Source: a virus
IMG/VR virus record: IMGVR_UViG_3300028840_006907
Coordinates: 64,001-128,000 of that record
Strand: one strand, 5' to 3'
Length of the DNA: 64,000 nucleotides
In this document: positions 1 through 10,572 of the stretch, one piece after another
How the letters are laid out: the number at the start of each line of letters is the position of its first letter
Numbering within the stretch: position 1 is the first letter of the stretch
Made by a program: the position numbers and the translations under genes
The notes under the pieces: generated by a model
What the model was told of the DNA's origin: nothing
The model's input: only the letters and a program-made list of their open reading frames with translations
Database searches by the model: none

Positions 1-441
1 AAGAAATTTCTCCGGCAAACAGATCTACTCGAAACGGAAGTTCTTGCCCAAGACGGGGATGGCTTTAAAAAGGCCATACTTCGTAAGAGTGCCCGTCAAG
101 TTGATTCAAAGATATCTTGGGTAGTCTTTAAACGGGATGGCTATATGTGCCGTTACTGTGGCCGTGATGACGTACCACTTACTGTTGACCATTTGGTGCT
201 CTGGGAAGATGGTGGTCCAACCATTGAAGAGAATTTGCTTTCAAGTTGTAAAAATTGCAATAAGAAGCGTGGAAGTATGCAGTATGCTGATTGGTTGAAA
301 TCACAGCGATACAGAAATGTATCGGAAAATCTGTCTGAGGAAATAAAGAGAGCAAATGAAGCTCTTATCTCAACATTAGATGCTATTCCTCGAAAGTTAC
401 ATATTCCATCACGTGGAGGGAAGAAAAAGAAAAAAAGATAA
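1..441 (+). CDS. HNH endonuclease (5' end truncated by window edge)
   Basis: Frame is open from position 1; HNH-type motif CRYCG...VDHLV...CKNCN in translation. Confidence 0.6.
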   Translation, partial: KKFLRQTDLLETEVLAQDGDGFKKAILRKSARQVDSKISWVVFKRDGYMCRYCGRDDVPLTVDHLVLWEDGGPTIEENLLSSCKNCNKKRGSMQYADWLKSQRYRNVSENLSEEIKRANEALISTLDAIPRKLHIPSRGGKKKKKR

Positions 442-469
442 TATATAACAAATAAAGAAGGAGCTTTAT

Positions 470-751
470 ATGAATTATGGTAATTCTGCTAGAAAAGCAT
501 TATTTGGTAAAATTTATGGATCTCCTGGTGCAGATTGGGGTAAAGTACATGCTATATTAAAAAACAAAGAAGCATCAGAACGAAGATCGTCGTCATCTAG
601 TAGTGGGGGTTGTACAGGAGGATATACCCCAACATTTACTCCTCGTGGACCTCGTACAGAGTTCGAAGAAGGGTTTAAAGGTAAATGCAAACATTGTAAT
701 TATACAATTAATTTTCATACCCCTAAAAAGAAATGGTGCCCTCTATATTAA
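470..751 (+). CDS. hypothetical small Cys-containing protein
   Basis: 93-aa ORF; AAGGAG about 8 nt upstream of ATG; C-terminal CxxC. Confidence 0.45.
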   Translation: MNYGNSARKALFGKIYGSPGADWGKVHAILKNKEASERRSSSSSSGGCTGGYTPTFTPRGPRTEFEEGFKGKCKHCNYTINFHTPKKKWCPLY

Positions 752-759
752 AATAAGGA

Positions 760-1410
760 ATGTTAAAAATGTTATTAGAAACTGAATATTTATCATGTAT
801 TTCTGAAATAAATCCTAATTTCGAAAAGATAATAGCTTTCCATAATTTAAAGGAATTAATAAATTTATATTCTGAGAGTTTCCGCATTTATCATAATTTG
901 GATCACATCGAACATGGTTATACATTACTTGAAGAAGTAAAAAATTTGTGTGATGATTATTTTCTGGTTTTATATGCTTGGTTTTACCATGATTGTATAT
1001 ATGTGCCCAATGCTAAAAATATTAATGAAATAATCAGTGCTGATAGAGCTGTATTTGATGGATCTCGGTTAGGTTTTGGTATTGATGCAGTGAGGAAAAT
1101 TCGGAATTTAGTTATGGCAACGGAACATGTTAAACCCATGGTTAATACTAATGATGAGAAAATTATACATGATGTTGATCTAGCAATACTTGGAGCAAAT
1201 CCAGATGATTATGATAGTTATTCAAGTGATATTAGAAAAGAATACTGCATCTTTCCGTGGAATCAATATCGAGATGGGCGACTTTTTGCAATGAATACTT
1301 TTTTGAAATTAGATCAGATTTATTTTACTGATTATTTTAAAGACCTTTTTGAGAAGAGAGCCCGAGCGAACATAAAACGTGAGATGAAAGCAATAAGGGA
1401 AATAGGGTAA
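760..1410 (+). CDS. hypothetical protein (His/Asp-rich motifs, possible metal-dependent hydrolase)
   Basis: 216-aa ORF; HNLDH and YHD motifs only; second ATG at 769 has better RBS spacing. Confidence 0.4.
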   Translation: MLKMLLETEYLSCISEINPNFEKIIAFHNLKELINLYSESFRIYHNLDHIEHGYTLLEEVKNLCDDYFLVLYAWFYHDCIYVPNAKNINEIISADRAVFDGSRLGFGIDAVRKIRNLVMATEHVKPMVNTNDEKIIHDVDLAILGANPDDYDSYSSDIRKEYCIFPWNQYRDGRLFAMNTFLKLDQIYFTDYFKDLFEKRARANIKREMKAIREIG

Positions 1411-1656
1411 ATTTTTATATAAAGTTTGGGGACTGCAGGTGCGTGGGATATATGTCTGCGAAACTTTATCTTACCTTGGTGAGCCTTGCAGTCCCTCTTT
1501 CTATTTAATATGTCAATTTTAATACTTGTAATTTTTACTCTTTGTGCATTTATAGTGTGGTGGTTTATTACCCATACCATTTATTCAGCTAAGTGGTATC
1601 TTTTAAGTTTAATAGGTAAACTCAGAAAAAAATTTAAGAAATGGAACCGGTTTTAA

Positions 1657-2097
1657 ATGGGATCATTATTAACATTAATTATAAGTGGTAAAGTTAAAGA
1701 AAGAATTAAAGAGATTGTAAAATATGCTGAAGCGCATCGGGTAGATTTTGAAACTCTGATGAGTATGAAAGATTATGGTAATCCAGGTTACACCGGTCCC
1801 ATTCCTGCCGGACTGAATCAAAACAATACGATGAAGATCTATGATATTAAGGGTTACCATTATTATAAAATTGCTTATACTATTGAGCAGATGGAACAAC
1901 TTTGGGTTAGACATTTCTCTGCTTCAGTAAGTACGAATGAAATGCCTAATTTGAAAATGCTTATGATGTGTCTTCCTGATTTCGGTTTTAAAGAATGTAA
2001 TATAAACAAACTTTATGTTGAGCCTCTTCCACCTGCATTACATATATTAGAGCCACTTGATATGACCTGGGAAGAGTTCACAAAGAAATATAAATGA
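1657..2097 (+). CDS. hypothetical protein
   Basis: 146-aa ORF, no recognisable motif. Confidence 0.4.
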   Translation: MGSLLTLIISGKVKERIKEIVKYAEAHRVDFETLMSMKDYGNPGYTGPIPAGLNQNNTMKIYDIKGYHYYKIAYTIEQMEQLWVRHFSASVSTNEMPNLKMLMMCLPDFGFKECNINKLYVEPLPPALHILEPLDMTWEEFTKKYK

Positions 2098-2340
2098 AAA
2101 AGAAGTACCAATTGATAGTGGCCCAATCAGTGGATCGTGAAAATGATATTCATACCTTATTTATGTACTATGTAAGCTGGTGGAGAGCCAAATTAAACCA
2201 GTTTACCCATTATATCTTCAATAAGAAGTGCTCCTCAACAACATTAAGAAGAATACCTTTCGTTTAATTTACCTTAATTTCCGAGTAATTTTCTATTAAT
2301 ATTTGTTGCAATATCTAAACCAATTTGGAAGGATATTGCA

Positions 2341-5300
2341 ATGTACTCTATTGATGATTTTATTCAAACTGTTTTTTCATATACTCTTCAGAAACAGAAA
2401 TTCTTCGCAGCAGCAGAACGTGCTTTAAAGAAAAATCTCCAATCCTATATACGCCCCGACTTTTTCGGAACTAGTTCGGGAGATGTCCGACTAGATAATT
2501 TACTTGTATCTCTCGCCAATAGATTGGGTGAAGCTGATGTTGAAGATAAAAGAATTTTTCTTGAAGATGCAGTAAGTGATTTTGTCTCAGAAGAGAAGGC
2601 TGACGAGTTAAGAGCAATCCTTGAAACCAAATTGGAAAGAAAACATAAAATCCCTGAAGAACTAGCTGATAAATTTATCAGTAAATCAGGTTTACTTGTT
2701 GATGAAGAGAAAAAAGAATTTGATCGTGTGAAGAAAGATATGGTCAAATTGATCTCAGGTTTTATTTACGGTTTCTTCGAAAATAAATTTAAAGAATTTG
2801 TACGAGCAAAAAAGAAAAAAGAAGATATCGGTAGAGAAGTAGCCCCGGATCTAGAAGTCCTGCCTGATAGTGAATTAATTGATCAAGCTGAAAAAGAACA
2901 AGAATGGCAAGAAGGTTTAACTAAAGATCTGTTTGGATATATCAATAAAAATGTTCCGGAAAAAAGGCGCTATGCTTATAAAATGATCTTGTTAAAAAGA
3001 TTTATGGTAGCACCAGCTAGTAGGATGGGTTTTGTTGAAATGGCAGAAAAGACAGGAATACCCAAATCATCTCTGGAAGAATGGGAAAAAGATTTGGGCC
3101 GTAGACTTGCTGAATATCTCTCTGCAGGTGGCCTTGGCCCTAAATTCGTTAGTGAGGGTGGCCTTTATAAAAAAGATGTTAAAGTTCCCGATTATAAAGA
3201 TGTTTTTAAAAACAAAGAGAATTCGAATGATTTCAAAGATTTCATGGAAGGCAAACAACCAAAAACCGGTAAACCCATGAGTGAGAAGGTAAAAAAAATA
3301 TTAGAGTTGTTTGCTGAAGGTAAAGATACCAAGGAAATCGAATCACAGACTGATGCGAGTATTGGTCAGATAAAAAAATTAAAAAGTACTCATTTCTCTC
3401 CCTGGTATAAAGAGTGGTATGCTGAAATGCTTAAGGATGTCAGAGAAGCTACAGAACGTATAAAGAAAGCTCTTATGATAATTAATGGTGAGACACCTCC
3501 TCCAGCTTCTCATGAGAAATATGTGAATATGGCAATAGCTAAAAAATACCCTCTTGAACTTACTGTAACTTTTAGTGCCAATTATGATAACCAGGATTTA
3601 ATAAAGGAAAGTGATCGAGTTGATCCGGAAAAAGACCCGGTTGATTTTAAATACAAACATTACCAGGTAAAATTAGAAAGGACCAGTAGACCCCGAATTG
3701 AATATACTTTTGATCAAAAATTAACCGATAAAGGTGATTTTGAAGGTAGCCCTCGATCATCATTGGTCATTGAAGGAAATCCTGGTCATGAAGGTTTGAG
3801 AAGAAGGCTCGATGAATATGTCGAGCAAGAAATGAAACCAGAGGGTATCCTTCCTTACGGTCCTTCGGTAAAGGGTAGAAAACCTGTCCAGATCCCTGTT
3901 GAATATGTAAATGAATCTCTTGATAGTACTAAGACCTATGATGGGTCTAAAAAAAGAAGATATCGTGGATTTATTGATTTCGCTGACAAGTACAAAGGTT
4001 TCATGGTAAAAGACCAACCTCATTTAACCCGGGTTCAGGAAGAAAGTAAAAGGGAAGAGAAGAAATTGTTACCTAAGGGTGGAAAAAATGAAATTCGAAA
4101 ATTGATCCAGCATTTAAAAGAAAATATTGGTGATGAAATGGAAGAGACTACACCCGATAAGAAAAAAGTTGAGGTGTGGAAAAAACAGATTAAAGAATTA
4201 CAGGATCATTTGAAGAAAGATTCTGAAAAAGAAATAGTGGATTTTGTCTCAAAACATAAAGAGAGGTTTAAATTCGCTGTCTCTGAAGAGCGCATGAAAA
4301 ATGTTCGTGAATTGATGAAACTCAGAGAACTAGTAGAAAACCAAGAACAACGATTGTTACAAAGAAAAATGAAAGGTGATCCTAAAGATAAGGATACAGT
4401 TAAACTTAAAGAAGATATAGCAACAAATAAAGATAAAATCACTAAGCTCGAAAAAATCCTTGAAGAAACAAAAGAGCCATTTCCTCCACCAGAATCGGCT
4501 AAAGTTCAAAAGTTATTAAAGGAACTTTCTGATCTCGGTATTAAAGACAGAAAATTAGAAGAATTCCTGACTTCAACTGATCTCCAATTTTTTGTTAACC
4601 AGGTACAAGGTGCTCTGGCCAAGGAAGCACAAGATAATATCGCAGGTGTTAAGAAAAACAAAAATATGAGTGATGAGGAAAAGAAACAGGAATATGAAGC
4701 TATTGAGAGAAAACGTGGTGTAAAGCTGAATAAATTTATCGAGTTGTTTGAAGCTGTACCTGAAGACATGAAAAAACGTCTGGAGAAATATAAAAAGGCT
4801 GATCCCAGTGGGTATAAAAAATTAGAAAAGAAGCATGGGGCTCTTTTAAACTGGGTAAATAATCCTGAAAAAGCCCTCTCTAAAGTAAAACAGAATCTTT
4901 CTACACCGAAAACTCTTGAGGCTCCAAAAGGTAAACAGGAATCAGTGGTACCTATGGAGGAAGAGGATGCTAAATACATGCTCAATTGGCTTGAGGCCCA
5001 GTTACAGGGTTTCGATGTTATAGGAGAAAGATTTGGTCAGGCAGCTTTAAAAGCAGAAGGTTTAAGTCCACAAGAGAGAGTTAAGGTAGAAAAACAATTA
5101 AAAGATACAGAAAAAGAGTTTCAGGATTTACGAAATAGAATAGGTGAAATGGAAGGTAAAGGGAAGGCTACCACTAGTGAAATCAAAGATCTGAAAAAAG
5201 ACATACCGACTTATATGAGAACAATAGAAGGTTTAAAAAGTTCTCTTTCTGATTCAAAAGAATCTCCTGCTATGATTATGGCACAAGTTTTAACTGATCG

Positions 5301-6885
5301 ACTTTCTGATTTCACTAAAATGTACAATCCGTTATCAAAGACTTTATGGTTTAGCCCAAAAACCTATGAGAAGAGAGCAGAAATTGTTACCAGTGAAGAT
5401 GATCCAGCTTTAGCTTCATTGCAAAAGAACATTGCTAAGGATACAGTTTCATTTTCAAAACTCAGCATCTTCGATAAAGAATCCATTAGATCTCTGGCAA
5501 GTACCATCCGGTCAGGTTTATCAAAATTCAAAAAGGAGTTACCAAGAATGGCCTCTTTTAATCCAATCTATTTAACAGTAGAAGAAAAAGCCCTTATGGA
5601 TAAACAAGCTAAGGAAGAAGATCACTTTGAAAAACGTGTTAAATTTGTTTTTCCTGAAGGTGAATTGAATGATGCCAAAAATATGGTAACTCAGCTCAAA
5701 GAGAAGAAATTAGATGATGCATCGAAAAAAGCTCAGAAAGAATTATCAGAATTAATTAAAAATGTCACAAGTGCCTATGATGATTTCGATATAGGTAAAA
5801 TTAAAGCATTGGCAGAAAAAGAGGAGATTTCTGAATCAAAAGCTGCTGTTCGTTTAAAAAGAATAAAAGACTCATTGGCTAAATATGCTCTAAGTCAATT
5901 CATTCTTAAGTGGCAAGATGTCATAGACATGGGATTTAAAGATACTCCAAGAAAGAAAGGACCTTTGGGAGGACCGGAATCCCAAAAATATGATAAAATT
6001 TTGGAAATAATTGAAGAGGATGTACCTGAGTTATTTAAAGAGGCTCCTCCTGAGAAAGAAATAAAAGAAGCTCCTAAAGGCTTACCTACTCCTAAGGAAA
6101 TCAGAGAACGTATCGAAATGGAATTTGAAGAAGGATTTCCAGCACAAAAAGAAAGAGAATACAGAACTCTGAAGGACAAAGGTCATAAATTATTCAAAGA
6201 TCCTTCTGGGGCTGGTGGTGGCGGTGGCGGAAAAGGTAAAAGTCGCCCAAAACCTATAAAGAAACATCCTCCTGCCCATACATATGAAACACTTAAGAGT
6301 AATTTCAAAGAAGCTCTGAAAACAAAATCAGTTCATGACATAGTACTTAGTGAAATAGGCAGGTATTTACATAATGTGAGAAATTATGTGAAAGGTGGCT
6401 CTTATTTCGATGTGGATGATGTTGTTGCTGGAGTTGTCGATGTATTGAAAAATTTTAAAAAAGTCATCAAATCATTAAGAGTAACCATGGATCCAGGAGC
6501 TACTGCAGATATAAAACTGAAAGATGAAAAAGAGGCAAAACAACTTTTTAATAAATTATCAGATATTTACAAATTAATAGATATGATTGCTGCTGATGAA
6601 AGTGGGAAACCTGTTATAAAAATAGGTCCTATACCAGGTGATCTGAGTAAGATAAAAACTCAACGTGGTGAACCCGATACCTGGTTCCCGAAAGGTCTTA
6701 TGGAAGCTGTTCAAGTAAAAAAACGAGAAGAGATTGAAGAAGGAGCAAAAGAGAAAGCTCCTGAAAAGTCAGTTTCAGCAAAAAAAGTATCAGCACAATT
6801 TTTGGCTTTTAAATTAGCACATAAGTTTTCCTTTTCAGATTTACAAAAGATTGAAGGTCTGAAAGAAGATATAGATAAAAAATAA
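2341..6885 (+). CDS. large Lys/Glu-rich coiled-coil protein (1514 aa), possibly virion-associated
   Basis: Single uninterrupted 4.5-kb ORF, GGAAGGA RBS, low-complexity charged sequence with a Gly-rich stretch. Confidence 0.55.
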   Translation: MYSIDDFIQTVFSYTLQKQKFFAAAERALKKNLQSYIRPDFFGTSSGDVRLDNLLVSLANRLGEADVEDKRIFLEDAVSDFVSEEKADELRAILETKLERKHKIPEELADKFISKSGLLVDEEKKEFDRVKKDMVKLISGFIYGFFENKFKEFVRAKKKKEDIGREVAPDLEVLPDSELIDQAEKEQEWQEGLTKDLFGYINKNVPEKRRYAYKMILLKRFMVAPASRMGFVEMAEKTGIPKSSLEEWEKDLGRRLAEYLSAGGLGPKFVSEGGLYKKDVKVPDYKDVFKNKENSNDFKDFMEGKQPKTGKPMSEKVKKILELFAEGKDTKEIESQTDASIGQIKKLKSTHFSPWYKEWYAEMLKDVREATERIKKALMIINGETPPPASHEKYVNMAIAKKYPLELTVTFSANYDNQDLIKESDRVDPEKDPVDFKYKHYQVKLERTSRPRIEYTFDQKLTDKGDFEGSPRSSLVIEGNPGHEGLRRRLDEYVEQEMKPEGILPYGPSVKGRKPVQIPVEYVNESLDSTKTYDGSKKRRYRGFIDFADKYKGFMVKDQPHLTRVQEESKREEKKLLPKGGKNEIRKLIQHLKENIGDEMEETTPDKKKVEVWKKQIKELQDHLKKDSEKEIVDFVSKHKERFKFAVSEERMKNVRELMKLRELVENQEQRLLQRKMKGDPKDKDTVKLKEDIATNKDKITKLEKILEETKEPFPPPESAKVQKLLKELSDLGIKDRKLEEFLTSTDLQFFVNQVQGALAKEAQDNIAGVKKNKNMSDEEKKQEYEAIERKRGVKLNKFIELFEAVPEDMKKRLEKYKKADPSGYKKLEKKHGALLNWVNNPEKALSKVKQNLSTPKTLEAPKGKQESVVPMEEEDAKYMLNWLEAQLQGFDVIGERFGQAALKAEGLSPQERVKVEKQLKDTEKEFQDLRNRIGEMEGKGKATTSEIKDLKKDIPTYMRTIEGLKSSLSDSKESPAMIMAQVLTDRLSDFTKMYNPLSKTLWFSPKTYEKRAEIVTSEDDPALASLQKNIAKDTVSFSKLSIFDKESIRSLASTIRSGLSKFKKELPRMASFNPIYLTVEEKALMDKQAKEEDHFEKRVKFVFPEGELNDAKNMVTQLKEKKLDDASKKAQKELSELIKNVTSAYDDFDIGKIKALAEKEEISESKAAVRLKRIKDSLAKYALSQFILKWQDVIDMGFKDTPRKKGPLGGPESQKYDKILEIIEEDVPELFKEAPPEKEIKEAPKGLPTPKEIRERIEMEFEEGFPAQKEREYRTLKDKGHKLFKDPSGAGGGGGGKGKSRPKPIKKHPPAHTYETLKSNFKEALKTKSVHDIVLSEIGRYLHNVRNYVKGGSYFDVDDVVAGVVDVLKNFKKVIKSLRVTMDPGATADIKLKDEKEAKQLFNKLSDIYKLIDMIAADESGKPVIKIGPIPGDLSKIKTQRGEPDTWFPKGLMEAVQVKKREEIEEGAKEKAPEKSVSAKKVSAQFLAFKLAHKFSFSDLQKIEGLKEDIDKK

Positions 6886-6923
6886 AAATAAAATAAGAGC
6901 CCTCTTAGAAGGCTTGTAAAGGC

Positions 6924-7682
6924 TTGGAGACATCTGTGAAGTATAGCGTACTTGTACCCTACTATAAACGCCTAGGGCACCTACATAATACCTTTATTTC
7001 CTTTCTACACCATTATTCAGATAGAAATGATTATGAGGTTGTCATAGCAGAAGATTATAAAAATGTCCAGAATAAAAAAGACCATGACGGTCTATCAGAA
7101 ACCATTGAGAAATTCCGTGAAAAAATACCGATAATTCATTTAACTCTTTCTATGGAAACCTGGAATCCAGCTCATGGTTTTAATGAAGCTGCAAAGTGGG
7201 CTTCTGGTGAATATTTCGTTGTAACCAATCCAGAATGTTTCCATCAAGTGAACATACTGGCTGGACTCGATAAAGAATTTGAAGAAGACCCCAATGTCTA
7301 TGTTGTATGTGGTTGTATGAATTATGTCCGTTGTAATTTTTTTATTAAAAACTTTAATGATCTAAATGGAAAATTTCAGAGATGGTACCAACACTCAATA
7401 CATAGAGCAGCCCACTATCATTTCTGTTCAGCTATTTCAAAACAGAATTGGGTAAAAATAGGAGGATTCGATGAAGACTTTGCTATGGGTATAGCCTATG
7501 ATGATGTCGATTTTAAATTAAGCATTCAAAAAGCCAAGATACCCTTTCATATCCGGGATGACCTTCTTACTATACATATTGACCATGGTTCCTTCCCATC
7601 TCCTCCAAATGCTCAGAAATTAGTTAATCGAAATAGAATCACCTATCAAAGAAAATGGGAAGGAAGTAATGAATCTTACTAG
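6924..7682 (+). CDS. putative glycosyltransferase-like protein
   Basis: 252-aa ORF with non-ATG start (TTG 6924 or GTG 6936); weak GT-A-like features only. Confidence 0.35.
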   Translation: METSVKYSVLVPYYKRLGHLHNTFISFLHHYSDRNDYEVVIAEDYKNVQNKKDHDGLSETIEKFREKIPIIHLTLSMETWNPAHGFNEAAKWASGEYFVVTNPECFHQVNILAGLDKEFEEDPNVYVVCGCMNYVRCNFFIKNFNDLNGKFQRWYQHSIHRAAHYHFCSAISKQNWVKIGGFDEDFAMGIAYDDVDFKLSIQKAKIPFHIRDDLLTIHIDHGSFPSPPNAQKLVNRNRITYQRKWEGSNESY

Positions 7683-9762
7683 TTATACCGCAGCCGACAG
7701 TATCCCGATAAAATTGATTAAGAACTTTAAATTGTTAAAGTCCATGACAACAAAAGGAGTCATCTTACCAATCCATGTCCAGTTCATACCCACAAATAGA
7801 TGTAACATGAAATGTGGATTTTGTAGCTGTGCTGAAGATGACAGAAAAACAGAAATGTCCCTTAAAAATGCTAAGAAGATCATCAGAAAATTAAAAAAAC
7901 TCGGTACTCAATCCGTAACCATCACCGGAGGAGGAGAACCACTCCTTTATCCTCATCTCCAAGAATTGTTTTCTCTGTTTAAAGATGCCGGGATAAAAAT
8001 CGGTTTTGTTACCAATGGCCTCTTATTAGGTAAATGTACCTATGAAGATGTAACCTGGTGTCGGATTTCTAATTCTGATGAAAGAAAAATGGACATGGAC
8101 TATTATCACACAATAGCTTATGCTGTTGAAGATAACCCAAACGTGGACTGGGCCTTTAGTCATGTCGTTTCTCCAAAACCAAATATCTCCGAAATAAAAC
8201 GGATCATAGAATTTGCCAATCTCCATGATTTTACCCATGTCCGATTAGTAGCTGATCTATTGAATTATAAAGAAGTAGATTTAATGCAGTTAAAAATCAC
8301 TCTTCGAGATGAAAATGTCGATGATGATAAAGTCATCTATCAAAGTAGAAATACCCCGCTCAGAGGCGGAGACTGTTATATATGCTATCTTAAACCCATG
8401 ATAGGGGCTGACTGTAATGTGTACGCTTGTTGTTTAGAGGCTAATGAACCTGTATTAATCCAGAGAAATAACGAAAGGATGTATTTATCTATAAAGGATG
8501 TTGTTCCAGGGGATTATGCTTGTGAATATGGAAAGATTTTAAATGTGTTTCATAAAGAGGGTGAAGAAGGCTTGGAAATAGTTTTGCAAAATAATAGGAC
8601 TATTTATGTTTCGAAAGATCATCTTATGCTTAAATTGACAAACCCTGAAATTAGACATAAGAGAAAGAAGTTATTATCTGACTATGAATTAGATACAATA
8701 GAATCTTCTGAATTAAGAATTGGAGATTTACTTCCGGTCAAATATAAATATGATATTAGTGAAATAAAAGAAGATACTATATCTGAAGAAGAAGCAGAAT
8801 TAATAGGATATTATGTAGCTGAAGGTTGGTCCAATGAACGAACTTGTATAGTTGATAAAAAATATCCTACTAGAACTACCACTATAGGATTTATGCTAGG
8901 GAAAGAGTCAAGAGAATATATAAGAAGATTTGAAGAAATTTGTGATATTTTGAATCTAAATTTTTCTATGACTGAACGTAGAACTGGTATGCAGTATCAG
9001 ATAGGTGCACATAAACCCTACGATGACTTAATTGTACACTGTGGTAATAAAGCAGAATTAAAAAAGATCCCTCCTTTTATTTTAAACGGCTCTGATAAAA
9101 TAAAGTGGAAATTTATTCAAGGCTATTTTGGAGGTGACGGGAATTTTCAAACTCCTTCTAAAAGCTATGATGGTTTTAAAATGAGAATGAGTACTGTCAG
9201 TAGACAACTAGCTAATGATATAATTTATCTCTTTTGTACTTTAAATATTCATGCTTCTATGAGAGTTGAGAGACGTGAAGGAAAAATGATAATAGAAGGA
9301 AGAGAGGTAAATGCTAAAGATCGGTATCATATAAATATAGGGGGAGCCTATAATTTAGAAAAAGCCCCATTCCTAAATGTAATTCAAACAAAAGAAAGAA
9401 GTCCTAAAAGAGCCCTCGGTTTTTTGAAAGATGAGGATAAGGGCATTATGTTTGTACCAGTTAAAGAGATCAGAGAGAAAAAGTTAGGAAAATTAGTAGA
9501 CATTCAAGTGGAAGGTTCAAATAAATTTATATCTTCATTTGGTATAATAGTTCATAATTGTGGCGTCCAGTATGCTCTTAAAAAGCCTTCAAAGAATCTT
9601 CCTAAGAAACTGAGCCTAGGAAGTGCTTTTGATCTTGAGAAGATAATTGAGAACAGTAATAAGCCCCTGGACGGGAGCATGTGTTATCGATGCTATTATA
9701 GTAATTATAACAAGATACTAGGATCCATCCTGGATGATACCGATCATATGGAGTTTGTATGA
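7669..9762 (+). CDS. radical SAM protein interrupted by an intein
   Basis: CNMKCGFC (CxxxCxxC) Fe-S motif near N-terminus; about 376-aa insertion with intein hallmarks. Confidence 0.7.
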   Translation: MNLTSYTAADSIPIKLIKNFKLLKSMTTKGVILPIHVQFIPTNRCNMKCGFCSCAEDDRKTEMSLKNAKKIIRKLKKLGTQSVTITGGGEPLLYPHLQELFSLFKDAGIKIGFVTNGLLLGKCTYEDVTWCRISNSDERKMDMDYYHTIAYAVEDNPNVDWAFSHVVSPKPNISEIKRIIEFANLHDFTHVRLVADLLNYKEVDLMQLKITLRDENVDDDKVIYQSRNTPLRGGDCYICYLKPMIGADCNVYACCLEANEPVLIQRNNERMYLSIKDVVPGDYACEYGKILNVFHKEGEEGLEIVLQNNRTIYVSKDHLMLKLTNPEIRHKRKKLLSDYELDTIESSELRIGDLLPVKYKYDISEIKEDTISEEEAELIGYYVAEGWSNERTCIVDKKYPTRTTTIGFMLGKESREYIRRFEEICDILNLNFSMTERRTGMQYQIGAHKPYDDLIVHCGNKAELKKIPPFILNGSDKIKWKFIQGYFGGDGNFQTPSKSYDGFKMRMSTVSRQLANDIIYLFCTLNIHASMRVERREGKMIIEGREVNAKDRYHINIGGAYNLEKAPFLNVIQTKERSPKRALGFLKDEDKGIMFVPVKEIREKKLGKLVDIQVEGSNKFISSFGIIVHNCGVQYALKKPSKNLPKKLSLGSAFDLEKIIENSNKPLDGSMCYRCYYSNYNKILGSILDDTDHMEFV
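8431..9558 (+). mobile_element. intein with LAGLIDADG-type homing endonuclease domain
   Basis: Starts with Cys (CLEANEP), block-B-like SKDH, LAGLIDADG-like LIGYYVAEGW and FIQGYFGGDGNF, ends IIVHN followed by Cys. Confidence 0.6.
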
Positions 9763-10310
9763 TCCGTTATAAAGAGATCTATGAACGAGTATTTGACATA
9801 CCTCATTATTCCAGAAACCAAGACCGAAAGATTACCTGTTCCCAAGTACATAACTATTTAATAGGAACTGAAAAATCTATCATTGATATAGGATCGGGGC
9901 GTGGGCCTGTTCTTATAGAACTGCTGAATCATTTTCAGAGATCTCAGATATTGTCTTGTGATTTAAAAAAGTTCCATGATATTGAAGTCCCGTTCCTGAA
10001 ACTGGATTTAACTGAGTTCAAGGATCGGGAAGCAATATTGAGGGTCTTTCCACAGTTTGATTTCTTAACCTGTTTTGATGTCCTGGAACATATCGAGCGA
10101 CAGGAATTGCACGCTATTCTCAGATTCTTTAAAGAGCTATCTAAAAAACATCTAATTATTGTAGCAAATCACTCTGATAACTGGGGCCAGGAATTACATT
10201 TAATACAGGAGCCCATGGACTGGTGGGAGGAAAGTTTTGGTGAATATTTTAAGATATTGGATAAAAAGAGTATTCATAATGATAGAGCGTATGTATTCCA
10301 TTTAGAATGA
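9759..10310 (+). CDS. class I SAM-dependent methyltransferase
   Basis: Gly-rich motif I IIDIGSGRGPV and FDVLEHI-type motif. Confidence 0.5.
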   Translation: MIRYKEIYERVFDIPHYSRNQDRKITCSQVHNYLIGTEKSIIDIGSGRGPVLIELLNHFQRSQILSCDLKKFHDIEVPFLKLDLTEFKDREAILRVFPQFDFLTCFDVLEHIERQELHAILRFFKELSKKHLIIVANHSDNWGQELHLIQEPMDWWEESFGEYFKILDKKSIHNDRAYVFHLE

Positions 10311-10320
10311 GAGGTATAGG

Positions 10321-10572
10321 ATGTTTAAAGGACTGATCAATTCGATTAAGGAAGATAACGGTAATGCTTCTTCTACCAGATTTATTATGTATGGTACTGG
10401 AGCTGTTGTCTTAGGGACATATCTTTTTCATAACATACTTTCTGCAGTAAGAGGAGGAGAATTTATTGATTTCCCAGTAAACAGTGTCGTTGTTCTTGGT
10501 ATCGTTCTGACGGGTAAAGTTACACAGAAATTCGCTGAGTTTAAAGGTAGCAATGGGAAGACAGATGCTTAA
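10321..10572 (+). CDS. small membrane protein (holin-like?)
   Basis: 83-aa ORF with two hydrophobic segments. Confidence 0.4.
   Translation: MFKGLINSIKEDNGNASSTRFIMYGTGAVVLGTYLFHNILSAVRGGEFIDFPVNSVVVLGIVLTGKVTQKFAEFKGSNGKTDA

Noticed and set aside
2445-6179. Short antisense ORFs inside the 1514-aa gene (2445-2747, 3067-3258, 3760-4023, 4206-4442, 4506-4985, 5895-6179)
   Set aside because: Embedded antisense in a long uninterrupted ORF; Ser/Phe-rich translations typical of the reverse complement of Lys/Glu-rich coding sequence.
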